Assembly: GCA_019894975.1 (NCBI GenBank)
Contig: JAGXNO010000044.1
Location: 1 to 27,157, forward strand
Reading direction: 5' to 3'
DNA: 27,157 bases
Source of the DNA: Promethearchaeota archaeon
Lineage (GTDB): Archaea > Asgardarchaeota > Lokiarchaeia > Sigyniarchaeales > SOKP01
Shown: piece after piece, positions 9,196 to 17,531 of the stretch
Numbering within the stretch: position 1 is the stretch's first letter
How the letters are laid out: every line of letters starts with the position of its first letter
Notes under the pieces: generated by a model
What the model saw: only the letters and a program-made list of their open reading frames with translations
Database searches by the model: none
Told to the model about the DNA's origin: nothing
Program-made: the position numbers and the translations under genes

Positions 9196-10215
9196 ATGGT
9201 ATTATTTGCAGTTCTTTTTCTAATAGTAGGGTTTATGGGGTTATTTTTTGGTGCTAAATTTGTGATAATTGGGCTTGAAAATATTGCTAATCGCTTACAT
9301 ATTAGCCATATAATGGTGGGTCTGACGATTTTATCGATTGGGACTAGTTTACCCGAAATATCTGTAAGTGTAATGGGTGGACTTGATAAGGTTTTTGGTA
9401 TTGATCCTAACATTGATGGAATAGTAATTGGAAATAAAATTGGGTCATTTATGACTCAAATTACGTTAATCCTTGGTATTTTAGCAGCCACCCAACCGAT
9501 TTTTGTTAGTAAGTGGGAATTAAGAAGAGAAGGACCTATGCTCTTTATTTCCATATTGATTTTTCTTATCTTCTCCTTGGATGGGACTCTTACTCAATTT
9601 GAAGCACTATTGATGATAATTATATATTTCATTTATCTATCATTAGTAATTTGGAGTGAGAGACGTTTACAAAAAGTTAAACTAGAATCTAGTTATCTTG
9701 AAAAAGAACGCTTAGATACTGTATTATTAGAACCAATTGAGAGTCCTCGTAAAGTATCATCAACATCTAAAGATATTGGTTCTCTACTAATAGGTCTTTT
9801 TATACTATTAATCGCAGCAGAAATAACATTACTAGGAGCCCATGATTTATCAAAAGAATTTCACATTCCCGAAAACGTAGTCGGAATCTTAATAGTTGGG
9901 TTTGGTACAAGTTTACCTGAACTAGTTGCTGATTTAACTGCATTAAGGAGAGGATCTTTTGGAATCGCTGTAGGAGATATCTTAGGCTCCAATATTTGTG
10001 ATATTTTATTAGCTACAGGATCAGGAGTAATACTGATTAATTTTAAAGTTCCGATGATAATTCTGGTGTTTGATATTCCAGTTCTATTCTTAGCGTTATT
10101 TATCGCGTTCTATTTCCTATGGAGTGAAAAAACCCTAAAAAGATGGGAAGGAATACTTTTAATTAGTTTTTATGGTGTTTATACAATTTTGAAATTATCT
10201 ATGTTTCAAATTTAA
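9196..10215 (+). CDS. Calcium/sodium (CaCA, YrbG-like) antiporter
   Basis: Two alpha-repeats: IGTSLPE...GNKIGS and FGTSLPE...GDILGSNI; about 10 TM helices. Confidence 0.92.
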   Translation: MVLFAVLFLIVGFMGLFFGAKFVIIGLENIANRLHISHIMVGLTILSIGTSLPEISVSVMGGLDKVFGIDPNIDGIVIGNKIGSFMTQITLILGILAATQPIFVSKWELRREGPMLFISILIFLIFSLDGTLTQFEALLMIIIYFIYLSLVIWSERRLQKVKLESSYLEKERLDTVLLEPIESPRKVSSTSKDIGSLLIGLFILLIAAEITLLGAHDLSKEFHIPENVVGILIVGFGTSLPELVADLTALRRGSFGIAVGDILGSNICDILLATGSGVILINFKVPMIILVFDIPVLFLALFIAFYFLWSEKTLKRWEGILLISFYGVYTILKLSMFQI

Positions 10216-10271
10216 GAAAATTCTTTTCTTTTAATATTTTAAGAGAACAACAGATAATTCATAATTAATAT

Positions 10272-11126
10272 TTAAAAGATAAAAGAGAGATATTTCTTAA
10301 AATCCTTAAATCTAACGAGAAAAGCGGGAACATCTTTCTTATATTGTTTATATCCTTTTCCAAATCTTTCAATTAGCTCTTTTTCTTCAACAAATTTAAG
10401 ATGTATGTTTATACCAATTAAAAAAATTGATAAGTAAATAATTGAATAAATAGAAAATCTCAAAAAAATGCTTCCGATAAGCATTAACATTAATCCATGG
10501 TATGTTGGATGACGTATTACAGAATATATTTCATGATTTTGGAGTGTAGATTCCTTAGGATAATAGACATAGACTAAAGCCATATTATCTATCCCAAAAA
10601 TCTTTAAAGCTCTTATAACTACAGTTATTCCTAATCCTGTAAATAATAAAAAAAGTATTATTCTGATTACTAAAATGACCAATGAGTAGTTTAACAATAT
10701 TTGTGAAAGAGGATTTGCTAAATAATAAGTTAAATTTTGGTGATTTTCAAAAGGGATTATAAAATCAGTAGGTATAAAGCTATGGACGATGATGGAAAGA
10801 ACCATCGGAATTCCGGTAACTACAAATTTAAACGATTTTTGGTAAGCTAATTCACCATATTTACTTAGCTTTTTATCTCTAACTCTCCAAAAGAAATATA
10901 CTAACATAAAACCAATAATTAAGATAGTTAATGATCCTAATATGGGAGTCAACGGTGCTATAAATTGCAGGATTTCAACTTCATTAAAGATTCTCGGTAA
11001 TGAATCCGCTGTTAATTGGAATACCAAAGAGCTCAGGAAAACTATAGCTGCAATAATTAAAAACTTGAAAATACTTTTTCCTTGGTAATCTAATAGTTTT
11101 CCTCTTAATTTATCTAATCCTTTCAT
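10272..11126 (-). CDS. Isoprenylcysteine carboxyl methyltransferase / PEMT family membrane methyltransferase
   Basis: IYSVIRHPTY.G and EEKEL.ERFG..Y..YKKDVP signature motifs; extra N-terminal TM helices. Confidence 0.85.
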   Translation of the reverse strand: MKGLDKLRGKLLDYQGKSIFKFLIIAAIVFLSSLVFQLTADSLPRIFNEVEILQFIAPLTPILGSLTILIIGFMLVYFFWRVRDKKLSKYGELAYQKSFKFVVTGIPMVLSIIVHSFIPTDFIIPFENHQNLTYYLANPLSQILLNYSLVILVIRIILFLLFTGLGITVVIRALKIFGIDNMALVYVYYPKESTLQNHEIYSVIRHPTYHGLMLMLIGSIFLRFSIYSIIYLSIFLIGINIHLKFVEEKELIERFGKGYKQYKKDVPAFLVRFKDFKKYLSFIF

Positions 11127-11193
11127 TTTATCTTATTACAACGATAAGAATATATAAACATTTTTTCTTTGAATTATAAAATCTCTTCAGAAA

Positions 11194-12561
11194 TTATGAA
11201 TCAATTCTTTCTTCATCATTATTTTCGGGAACAACCTTATTTTCTTCCGTAGTCGGTTCTACAGGTTGGATTTTAATATTTTTTGAATCCAAAAAGTATA
11301 CTACTTCATCATCACCTATTCTGGTTTTGTCTAAAGCATCTCTACTTTCTAAAAAGTGTTTAAAATCGTTTATTAATACTACGACATCTTCAGGATAAAA
11401 GTGCTTTTTAACGATAAATCCTTTCCTCTCCAAAGCGTGCTCAGAATACCACCAGTAAAAGCAAACAGTTATGATAATTATCAGAAAACTATTAATTAGA
11501 TTAATTTGATTTCGATCTGCGAAAACTCCAGTAAGAGAGCCAGCCCCGGTAATCAAGATAATTTGGCCTTCGATATATAACAACGTAAATGAAAAAAGGA
11601 AGAATGGCATGTTACTTGTATTAAAAATCATGGAATCATATACCTTATCTCCCAAACTTCTTAAAACAAGAAGAGCTGTTAAAAGCATTAGTAAAATATC
11701 CATGAACCTTGATAAGATTTCTAATTCTGCAGTGGATTGCACTATTCCCTGGAAAGAACTAAAAAAGCTAAACGATCTGAACCAAATTATTAGCCATACG
11801 AGAAAATAAAACATTGAGCTATAGGAATTAGATTCACCTATTTTTCTACTTCTATGAAATAGTGTGATTAAGCGCCATGAAGTTATAATAAAAAGCACTA
11901 GTATAATGATATTACTCACAGCATACCATATTAAGGGTTCAGTATCATCTCCTGGATGCGGTAAGAATTCAGGTAAGAAAGCCAAAAATGTTCCTAATTG
12001 GATCATGAAGGAAATTATTAAAGCGAAAACAAGGAGGATAATGTCAATCAGTCTTTTCTTCTTGGATACACCAAATTTAAGCGTGATTTTTTCATTAACC
12101 TTAACGGAAATATCCTCAAAGCCAATTCTTAAATAGAATATTTGGACTAGATTCCAACCAAAGTAAACGGTAATAAAAATAACAGGAAGAGTGAAATCCC
12201 ATCCAATGAATTGAACAGTTAGTTGATTAGAGGGGCTAGTTAGAAAATAAAGAAGAATTATAAAAAAGCTAAAGAAGAAATTTAGTAGGAAGCTAATAAC
12301 CTTACGGCGATCAAACTTCTTCTCTGAAGAAAAGAGATATGGCTTAAGTTGAGGGATAAGGCCTTCAAACATCAAAAACAAAAAAGTTAAAGAAAAGGTT
12401 GAAGCTAAAAACAGAATTAAATTTCCCACATTTGAACCAGGAATAAAGCTTAACAGAGCGATTAGTAAAGTGGATAAAATGAAGACTATTGTATATAGAA
12501 AATGGCTATTATTAAAGATATGATGAAAATTTTTGTCCAAAAATTCTTGAATTTTACTCAT
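11194..12561 (-). CDS. Uncharacterised polytopic (~10 TM) membrane protein with acidic soluble C-terminal tail
   Basis: 455-aa ORF with AGGAG RBS; about 10 hydrophobic segments by eye; no family motif recognised. Confidence 0.75.
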   Translation of the reverse strand: MSKIQEFLDKNFHHIFNNSHFLYTIVFILSTLLIALLSFIPGSNVGNLILFLASTFSLTFLFLMFEGLIPQLKPYLFSSEKKFDRRKVISFLLNFFFSFFIILLYFLTSPSNQLTVQFIGWDFTLPVIFITVYFGWNLVQIFYLRIGFEDISVKVNEKITLKFGVSKKKRLIDIILLVFALIISFMIQLGTFLAFLPEFLPHPGDDTEPLIWYAVSNIIILVLFIITSWRLITLFHRSRKIGESNSYSSMFYFLVWLIIWFRSFSFFSSFQGIVQSTAELEILSRFMDILLMLLTALLVLRSLGDKVYDSMIFNTSNMPFFLFSFTLLYIEGQIILITGAGSLTGVFADRNQINLINSFLIIIITVCFYWWYSEHALERKGFIVKKHFYPEDVVVLINDFKHFLESRDALDKTRIGDDEVVYFLDSKNIKIQPVEPTTEENKVVPENNDEERIDS

Positions 12562-12577
12562 ATCTATAATTTCGCTC

Positions 12578-12616
12578 CTGTGATTTATTAAATTATTTGT
12601 AAGTTTTAAATCACAG
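12578..12616. promoter_or_regulatory. 10-bp inverted repeat CTGTGATTTA-N19-TAAATCACAG in the divergent promoter region
   Basis: Perfect arms at 12578-12587 and 12607-12616; overlaps the minus-strand AGGAG (12575-12579). Confidence 0.45.
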
Positions 12617-12772
12617 ATTGTATTTAAATTTTTATGGTGATAAGGGATGAACTTAATATTATGAATATAAACTCATAATCTATGGAATTTTATCCTCTCA
12701 TCATTTTTGAATACTATTATATAGTAACTTTACTTAAAATTTATCTAGAAATTCATCAGAAGTGAATTCAAT

Positions 12773-15700
12773 ATGAGTTTAGTGAATCTTAATATTAAAG
12801 AATTATTATTAGATAGTTTAAATTTAACATTTTTAGTTGGTGCTGGGTGTTCTTTTGATTCCCCTTCGTGTCAACCTGACACAAGAGCGATGATGGAAGC
12901 AATTATTAGATATACATGTGCTGAATCTGAAATAGAGAAAATCTTGGAGCTAGAAAACCTTAGATTTGAAACCTTATTAGCGATCATTCAAGAACAGTTC
13001 GATCCAGATCTAAAAATTCTAGATTACTATGAACTTTGTGATAAACCGAATATTCACCACTATTTCTTAGCTGAAATGATAGATAACGGGCATATTGTTT
13101 TGACCACTAATTTTGACTTTTTAATTGAAACTGCTTTCATTGAATTAAATGCTTCAAAAAAGCAAATAGTTCCAATCATAACTGGGAAAGATTTCTTGAA
13201 ATTTAGAGATCCCCTTAAATTATTAAAAAAGAATAAGAGCATGATTTATAAGGTCCATGGATCGACTAAAAATGTAATTACAGGGGAAGATACAAGAGAT
13301 TCCTTAATCGCTTCCATTCTTACTATTGGTTTAAACAAGGAAAAATCTGATATATTTCAGTTACAACCTTCCAAGCATTTATCCCTCAAAAAAACCTTGA
13401 AGGATCGAACGTTAGTTATCATGGGATACTCAGGTATTAATGATTTTGATATTATTCCTGCTTTAAAGACAATTGAAAATATTAAAAATATTATTTGGAT
13501 TAATCATATTGAAGAAGCTACGGATAAAGAAAAAATTTATGAAATTAACTCAAACCTTACAAATAAGACTAAGAAGTTGGATAAGGTTGATAAGATACTA
13601 GTTGAACTATACAATAGGCATAATGCTGATAAGATATATCGCGTAGACACCAATACGGGTGAACTAATAAAGGATTTTGTTAAACACAAACCAGAAATAA
13701 GCAAAGACATATTTTTAATTAATCCTATAGATTGGTTTAAAGAAAATATTAAGAAACCAGGTAATTTTAGTAAATACATAATTCCTCAAAGAATATATTC
13801 CTATTGTAATATCTGTGATGATACATTAAGATGTTTCGAGAAAATTTTACATATTATTGAGAAGTTGGAAGGTCCAGATTTGGAATGGGAAACCACAGCG
13901 TTAGATTGCATAGGATCTATGTGTAAAGAGCGAGAGAATTATTCAGCTATTTTAGAATGGTTTGAAAGAACAAAAACACATTTGGATCTACTTCAAGATC
14001 TTAATACTAAAGCTGCTCTACTTAATCTGATCGGATTAATTTATTTAAAGCAAAGGATTTATCCAAAAGCATTCGATTGTTTTAAAGAAGTTTTTAAGAT
14101 TTATAGTAGTTTAGATGATCCAAAAGGTAAAGCAGAATCTCTCAAAAATCTTGGGGCTTTTTCTCAAGATCAACTAAAATATTCAGAAGCTTTAAGGATC
14201 TATGATGATGCACTTTCCATTGTAGAGAAATTAAAATTAAAAGAAGAAAAAGCAGAGATTCTCAACAATAAAGGATTGATTTTTCAAAATTTACCAAATT
14301 ATTCAGAAGCATTAAAATGTTTTGAGGAGGCATTTTCTATCTTTGATCAAAAAGACGATTCTGAAGGTAAGATTATCTCTTTACATAACATCGGATTTAA
14401 TTACCACTACGAAGGAAATGATTCGAAGGCTTTCGAAATACTTGAACAGGCTATAGAAATTGCCGAACAAAAAGGAAATTTAGAGAAAAAAGTGCAATGC
14501 CTTAAAGTCATGGGATATATATATCGAGATCAATGGGATTTACTCAAGGCTATAAAAAAATTCAGTGAGGCACTAGAAATTGCAGAGGAATTGGAAGATC
14601 TTGAGGAAAAAGTTGATATTCTTAATGAAATTGGGAGTCTTTATCAAGTTCTAAAATATTATCCTTCGGCTTTAAATCACTTCCAAAAATCATTAAACAC
14701 TGCTGAGGGATTAGTTAACTTGGAAATAAAATCAAATTGTCTACACAATATAGGGGAAATTTATTTCGAGGAAGAAGATTATAAAGAAGCTCTCAAATGG
14801 TTTGAAGAGGCATTAGAGATTGATAATCAAATAGAGAACTCATTAGGTAAGGCTCAACGTTTAATAAGTATAGGGAATATCCATAAAATTCATGGAGAAC
14901 ATGATCAAGCCTTAGGAAAGCTAAAAGAAGCACTAGAAATCGAAAATAAAGTGGGAAGTTTAACAGAAAAGGCAAAAATTATTAGAATGATTGGATTGAT
15001 CTATCAAGATCAAGAAAATTTTCAAGAGGCATTAAAGCAATTTGACCATGCATTTCAAGTTTTCAATCAATTAGATGACTTAGCGGGAAAAGCTTCTTGT
15101 CTTAATAGCATTGGTTTAATTTATATTACGTTGCAGGATTATCCAGAAGCATTAAAAAGCTTCGAGGAAGCACTACAAATTAGTGAGCAATTAAAAGATT
15201 TACCCGGAAAAGCTATTCATCTCTATAATGTTGGGATCGTTTATCATAATCAAAAAAAGTATCCTGACGCATCAAAACGATATGAAAAGGCAATTGAAGT
15301 GTACGATCAATTAGGAGATTTATCTGGAAAAATTTCTTGCTTAAATAACATTGCATTACTCTATCAAGATCACAAAAACTATGACAAGGCACTGAAACAA
15401 TATGATAAAGTAATCAAGTTCCAGAAGTATGATATCTTAGAATGTAAAAGAGAAATAGCTAAAGCTTTCTACAATATGGCTTTAATCAATCATTATCAAG
15501 ATAATCTTAATAAAACACTGGACCACTATGATAAAGCGTTTCAGATTTTTAATAAATTAGGTAATTTGCCAGAAGTAGCTATAACTCTATATAATATCGG
15601 GAATGTATATCATACCCAAGAGAATCTTTCTGAGGCCTTGGAAAAATATAAAGAAGCGCTTCAAATTTACATACAATTAGATGATTATAAGGGGATTTTA

Positions 15701-16531
15701 AGCTGCTATAATAATATCGGTTTAATATATCAAGTTCAGAAACAGTATAACAAAGCATTGAGATATTTTAAAGATGCAATCCAAATTTATGACTCAGCTG
15801 ATGATAAAGAAATTAGAGCAAAAATGTTAATAAATATTGGTTTAATTCATTTTACTCATGGAAAGTATCAAAAAGCATTAAAATATTATGAAAAAGCTCG
15901 AGTTTTAGCAGACTTGGAGATAAAAAAAGTTATTGACGAGAATATAAGGGATGCAAATGATAACTTAATCTTAGAAAAAATATTAGAGTTCGAATATAAA
16001 AACCAACAAGATATTCCTCTCAAGAAACGGATAAGCGCATTGAATTCTTACATGATAACGGAATTAAATGTTAAAGGTACTAATGTAAAATATTATCATA
16101 ATCTTATAAACAAGTCTATAGATTATAAGAAAAATGAAATTGAAGAATTAAACTTACTAGGAAGAGAGATATTAGAAAAAGTTAGTACCCCAACTTTATA
16201 TGATTTAGTAGTAAATTTGAAAATAAATTTGAAAATGGCAAAAAGAGTGGGGAAATTCTTAAAAGATTATAAAATAATCAACACATTCCCTAGAATTCCA
16301 GCAGATATTTCAGATGTTAGTGCTGCTAGACCTGATATTATTCCAACTGAAGAAAAATTAATTAAGAGAACTATTCTCCCAGAAATACTTGAAAGAAGTT
16401 CAAGAAGAATGCTAGAAAAAACTAAAGAATTCAAGGAACAGCGTATGTCTATGGTTAATTTTAGAAAGAGATCCAAAGACTTTGACAATCGAGAAATAAT
16501 GAATAAAATGCGTGAATTTATAATTCCTTAA
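12773..16531 (+). CDS. SIR2-family (SIR2_2, NADase-type) domain plus TPR-repeat protein
   Basis: FLVGAGCS, LTTNFD, YKVHGS and LVIMGYSG motifs in aa ~20-222. About 17 TPR-like units of 40 aa (aa 373-1047). About 205-aa C-terminal region of unknown family. Confidence 0.9.
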   Translation: MSLVNLNIKELLLDSLNLTFLVGAGCSFDSPSCQPDTRAMMEAIIRYTCAESEIEKILELENLRFETLLAIIQEQFDPDLKILDYYELCDKPNIHHYFLAEMIDNGHIVLTTNFDFLIETAFIELNASKKQIVPIITGKDFLKFRDPLKLLKKNKSMIYKVHGSTKNVITGEDTRDSLIASILTIGLNKEKSDIFQLQPSKHLSLKKTLKDRTLVIMGYSGINDFDIIPALKTIENIKNIIWINHIEEATDKEKIYEINSNLTNKTKKLDKVDKILVELYNRHNADKIYRVDTNTGELIKDFVKHKPEISKDIFLINPIDWFKENIKKPGNFSKYIIPQRIYSYCNICDDTLRCFEKILHIIEKLEGPDLEWETTALDCIGSMCKERENYSAILEWFERTKTHLDLLQDLNTKAALLNLIGLIYLKQRIYPKAFDCFKEVFKIYSSLDDPKGKAESLKNLGAFSQDQLKYSEALRIYDDALSIVEKLKLKEEKAEILNNKGLIFQNLPNYSEALKCFEEAFSIFDQKDDSEGKIISLHNIGFNYHYEGNDSKAFEILEQAIEIAEQKGNLEKKVQCLKVMGYIYRDQWDLLKAIKKFSEALEIAEELEDLEEKVDILNEIGSLYQVLKYYPSALNHFQKSLNTAEGLVNLEIKSNCLHNIGEIYFEEEDYKEALKWFEEALEIDNQIENSLGKAQRLISIGNIHKIHGEHDQALGKLKEALEIENKVGSLTEKAKIIRMIGLIYQDQENFQEALKQFDHAFQVFNQLDDLAGKASCLNSIGLIYITLQDYPEALKSFEEALQISEQLKDLPGKAIHLYNVGIVYHNQKKYPDASKRYEKAIEVYDQLGDLSGKISCLNNIALLYQDHKNYDKALKQYDKVIKFQKYDILECKREIAKAFYNMALINHYQDNLNKTLDHYDKAFQIFNKLGNLPEVAITLYNIGNVYHTQENLSEALEKYKEALQIYIQLDDYKGILSCYNNIGLIYQVQKQYNKALRYFKDAIQIYDSADDKEIRAKMLINIGLIHFTHGKYQKALKYYEKARVLADLEIKKVIDENIRDANDNLILEKILEFEYKNQQDIPLKKRISALNSYMITELNVKGTNVKYYHNLINKSIDYKKNEIEELNLLGREILEKVSTPTLYDLVVNLKINLKMAKRVGKFLKDYKIINTFPRIPADISDVSAARPDIIPTEEKLIKRTILPEILERSSRRMLEKTKEFKEQRMSMVNFRKRSKDFDNREIMNKMREFIIP
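13889..15913 (+). repeat. Protein-level tandem array of ~17 TPR-like 40-aa (120-nt) repeats
   Basis: Consensus KA..L.NIG.IY.....Y..AL..F..AL.I...L.D..G recurs with 40-aa period (one 42-aa unit). Confidence 0.9.
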
Positions 16532-16542
16532 TCAATACAATA

Positions 16543-16550
16543 TTTTTTTT
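16543..16550 (+). terminator. Oligo-T (T8) putative terminator of the SIR2-TPR gene
   Basis: T8 run 11 nt after stop 16531. Confidence 0.45.
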
Positions 16551-16644
16551 CTTTATTCTATTAAATTTTTCCATAATTTCTTATTTTTCTCCTATGTTTA
16601 CACATAATGAATGAATGTATATTTTAATTCATTGAAATATTTTT

Positions 16645-17424
16645 TTATTCTTTTTGGCAATTTGGACAAAAAAAGCCGTGTCTTCCAGAGAGCTCAAAAT
16701 CCTCAATTTTAGTATTACATATCGGGCACATTTCATCTTTTTTACGGTGAGGGATTAAAAAACTTTTAGGATATGTACTTAAATCCCCCTTATGTTCGAT
16801 TCCGAATTTTAAAACATATTTAATATTCTCATAGAGTTCCTGTTTTTTGGTTTCACTAAGTCCATCAATTTTAGTTCGGGGATGTAATTTGGTTCTAAAC
16901 ATGATTTCATCAGAATAAATATTACCAACACCCGCAATGAAACTTTGATTTAATAGAGCATTTTTTAGAATAGCAGTTCTTCTGTTCAGAGCTTCTGCAA
17001 AATCCTCAAGGCTCATTTTGAACGCATCTGGACCTAGCTTTTTCAAATTAACAAATTCCTCGACAGAATTAACGATTGATACCCTACCAAACATTCTTGT
17101 AGAGATATAAGCCAAATTAAAATCATTCTTAAAATAAAAAATTACTTTACTGAATCTAGGTTCTTCATCTTTTTTACTATAATATTCTAAATCCCCGGTC
17201 ATTCCAAAATGTAGAACAAGATATTCTGGGTTTAGGAAAATAAAGAGATATTTGCCATGACGAATTGAAGATTCAAACTTTTTATTAATTAACGACTTCT
17301 TTAGAACAGAATGGTCCACGCTTAAAATTCTTGCATCACTTACTTTAACATCTGTGACCATTTGTTTTAAAGACGTTTTATCCAAATATCGTTTGAATGT
17401 TTCTACTTCAGGAAGTTCTGGCAT
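16645..17424 (-). CDS. mutM: Formamidopyrimidine-DNA glycosylase (Fpg/Nei family)
   Basis: N-terminal PELPEVE, RHGKYL, HFGMTG, TRMFG, LGPDA, H2TH motif LLNQSFIAGVGNIYSDE, and C-terminal Zn finger CPIC...GR..FFCPNCQ. Confidence 0.95.
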   Translation of the reverse strand: MPELPEVETFKRYLDKTSLKQMVTDVKVSDARILSVDHSVLKKSLINKKFESSIRHGKYLFIFLNPEYLVLHFGMTGDLEYYSKKDEEPRFSKVIFYFKNDFNLAYISTRMFGRVSIVNSVEEFVNLKKLGPDAFKMSLEDFAEALNRRTAILKNALLNQSFIAGVGNIYSDEIMFRTKLHPRTKIDGLSETKKQELYENIKYVLKFGIEHKGDLSTYPKSFLIPHRKKDEMCPICNTKIEDFELSGRHGFFCPNCQKE

Positions 17425-17531
17425 TATTATTAGGAATAGTTTTTAATAAATTTTAAATTCATAAGCAAGGTAAATATTCTATATATTATATTTTCAAATC
17501 TTTTTTATATCGAAATATCTTATTTTCCTTT

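Noticed and set aside
10272-11126. Evidence for eukaryote-like CaaX prenylation processing
   Set aside because: The ICMT/PEMT fold is widespread in prokaryotes with other substrates, and no prenyltransferase or CaaX protease is in the window
12579-12615. CRP-like TGTGA...TCACA site
   Set aside because: The spacer is 27 nt rather than 6 nt, so it is kept only as a generic inverted repeat
13889-15913. CRISPR array or DGR-type template/variable repeats within the 120-nt periodic region
   Set aside because: The periodicity is at protein level with diverged codons; no identical DNA repeats or reverse transcriptase are visible
16566-16591. Similarity of TTTTTCCATAATTTCTTATTTTT to 25899-25923 upstream of MFS2
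   Set aside because: Low-complexity T-rich match in non-equivalent contexts; likely chance
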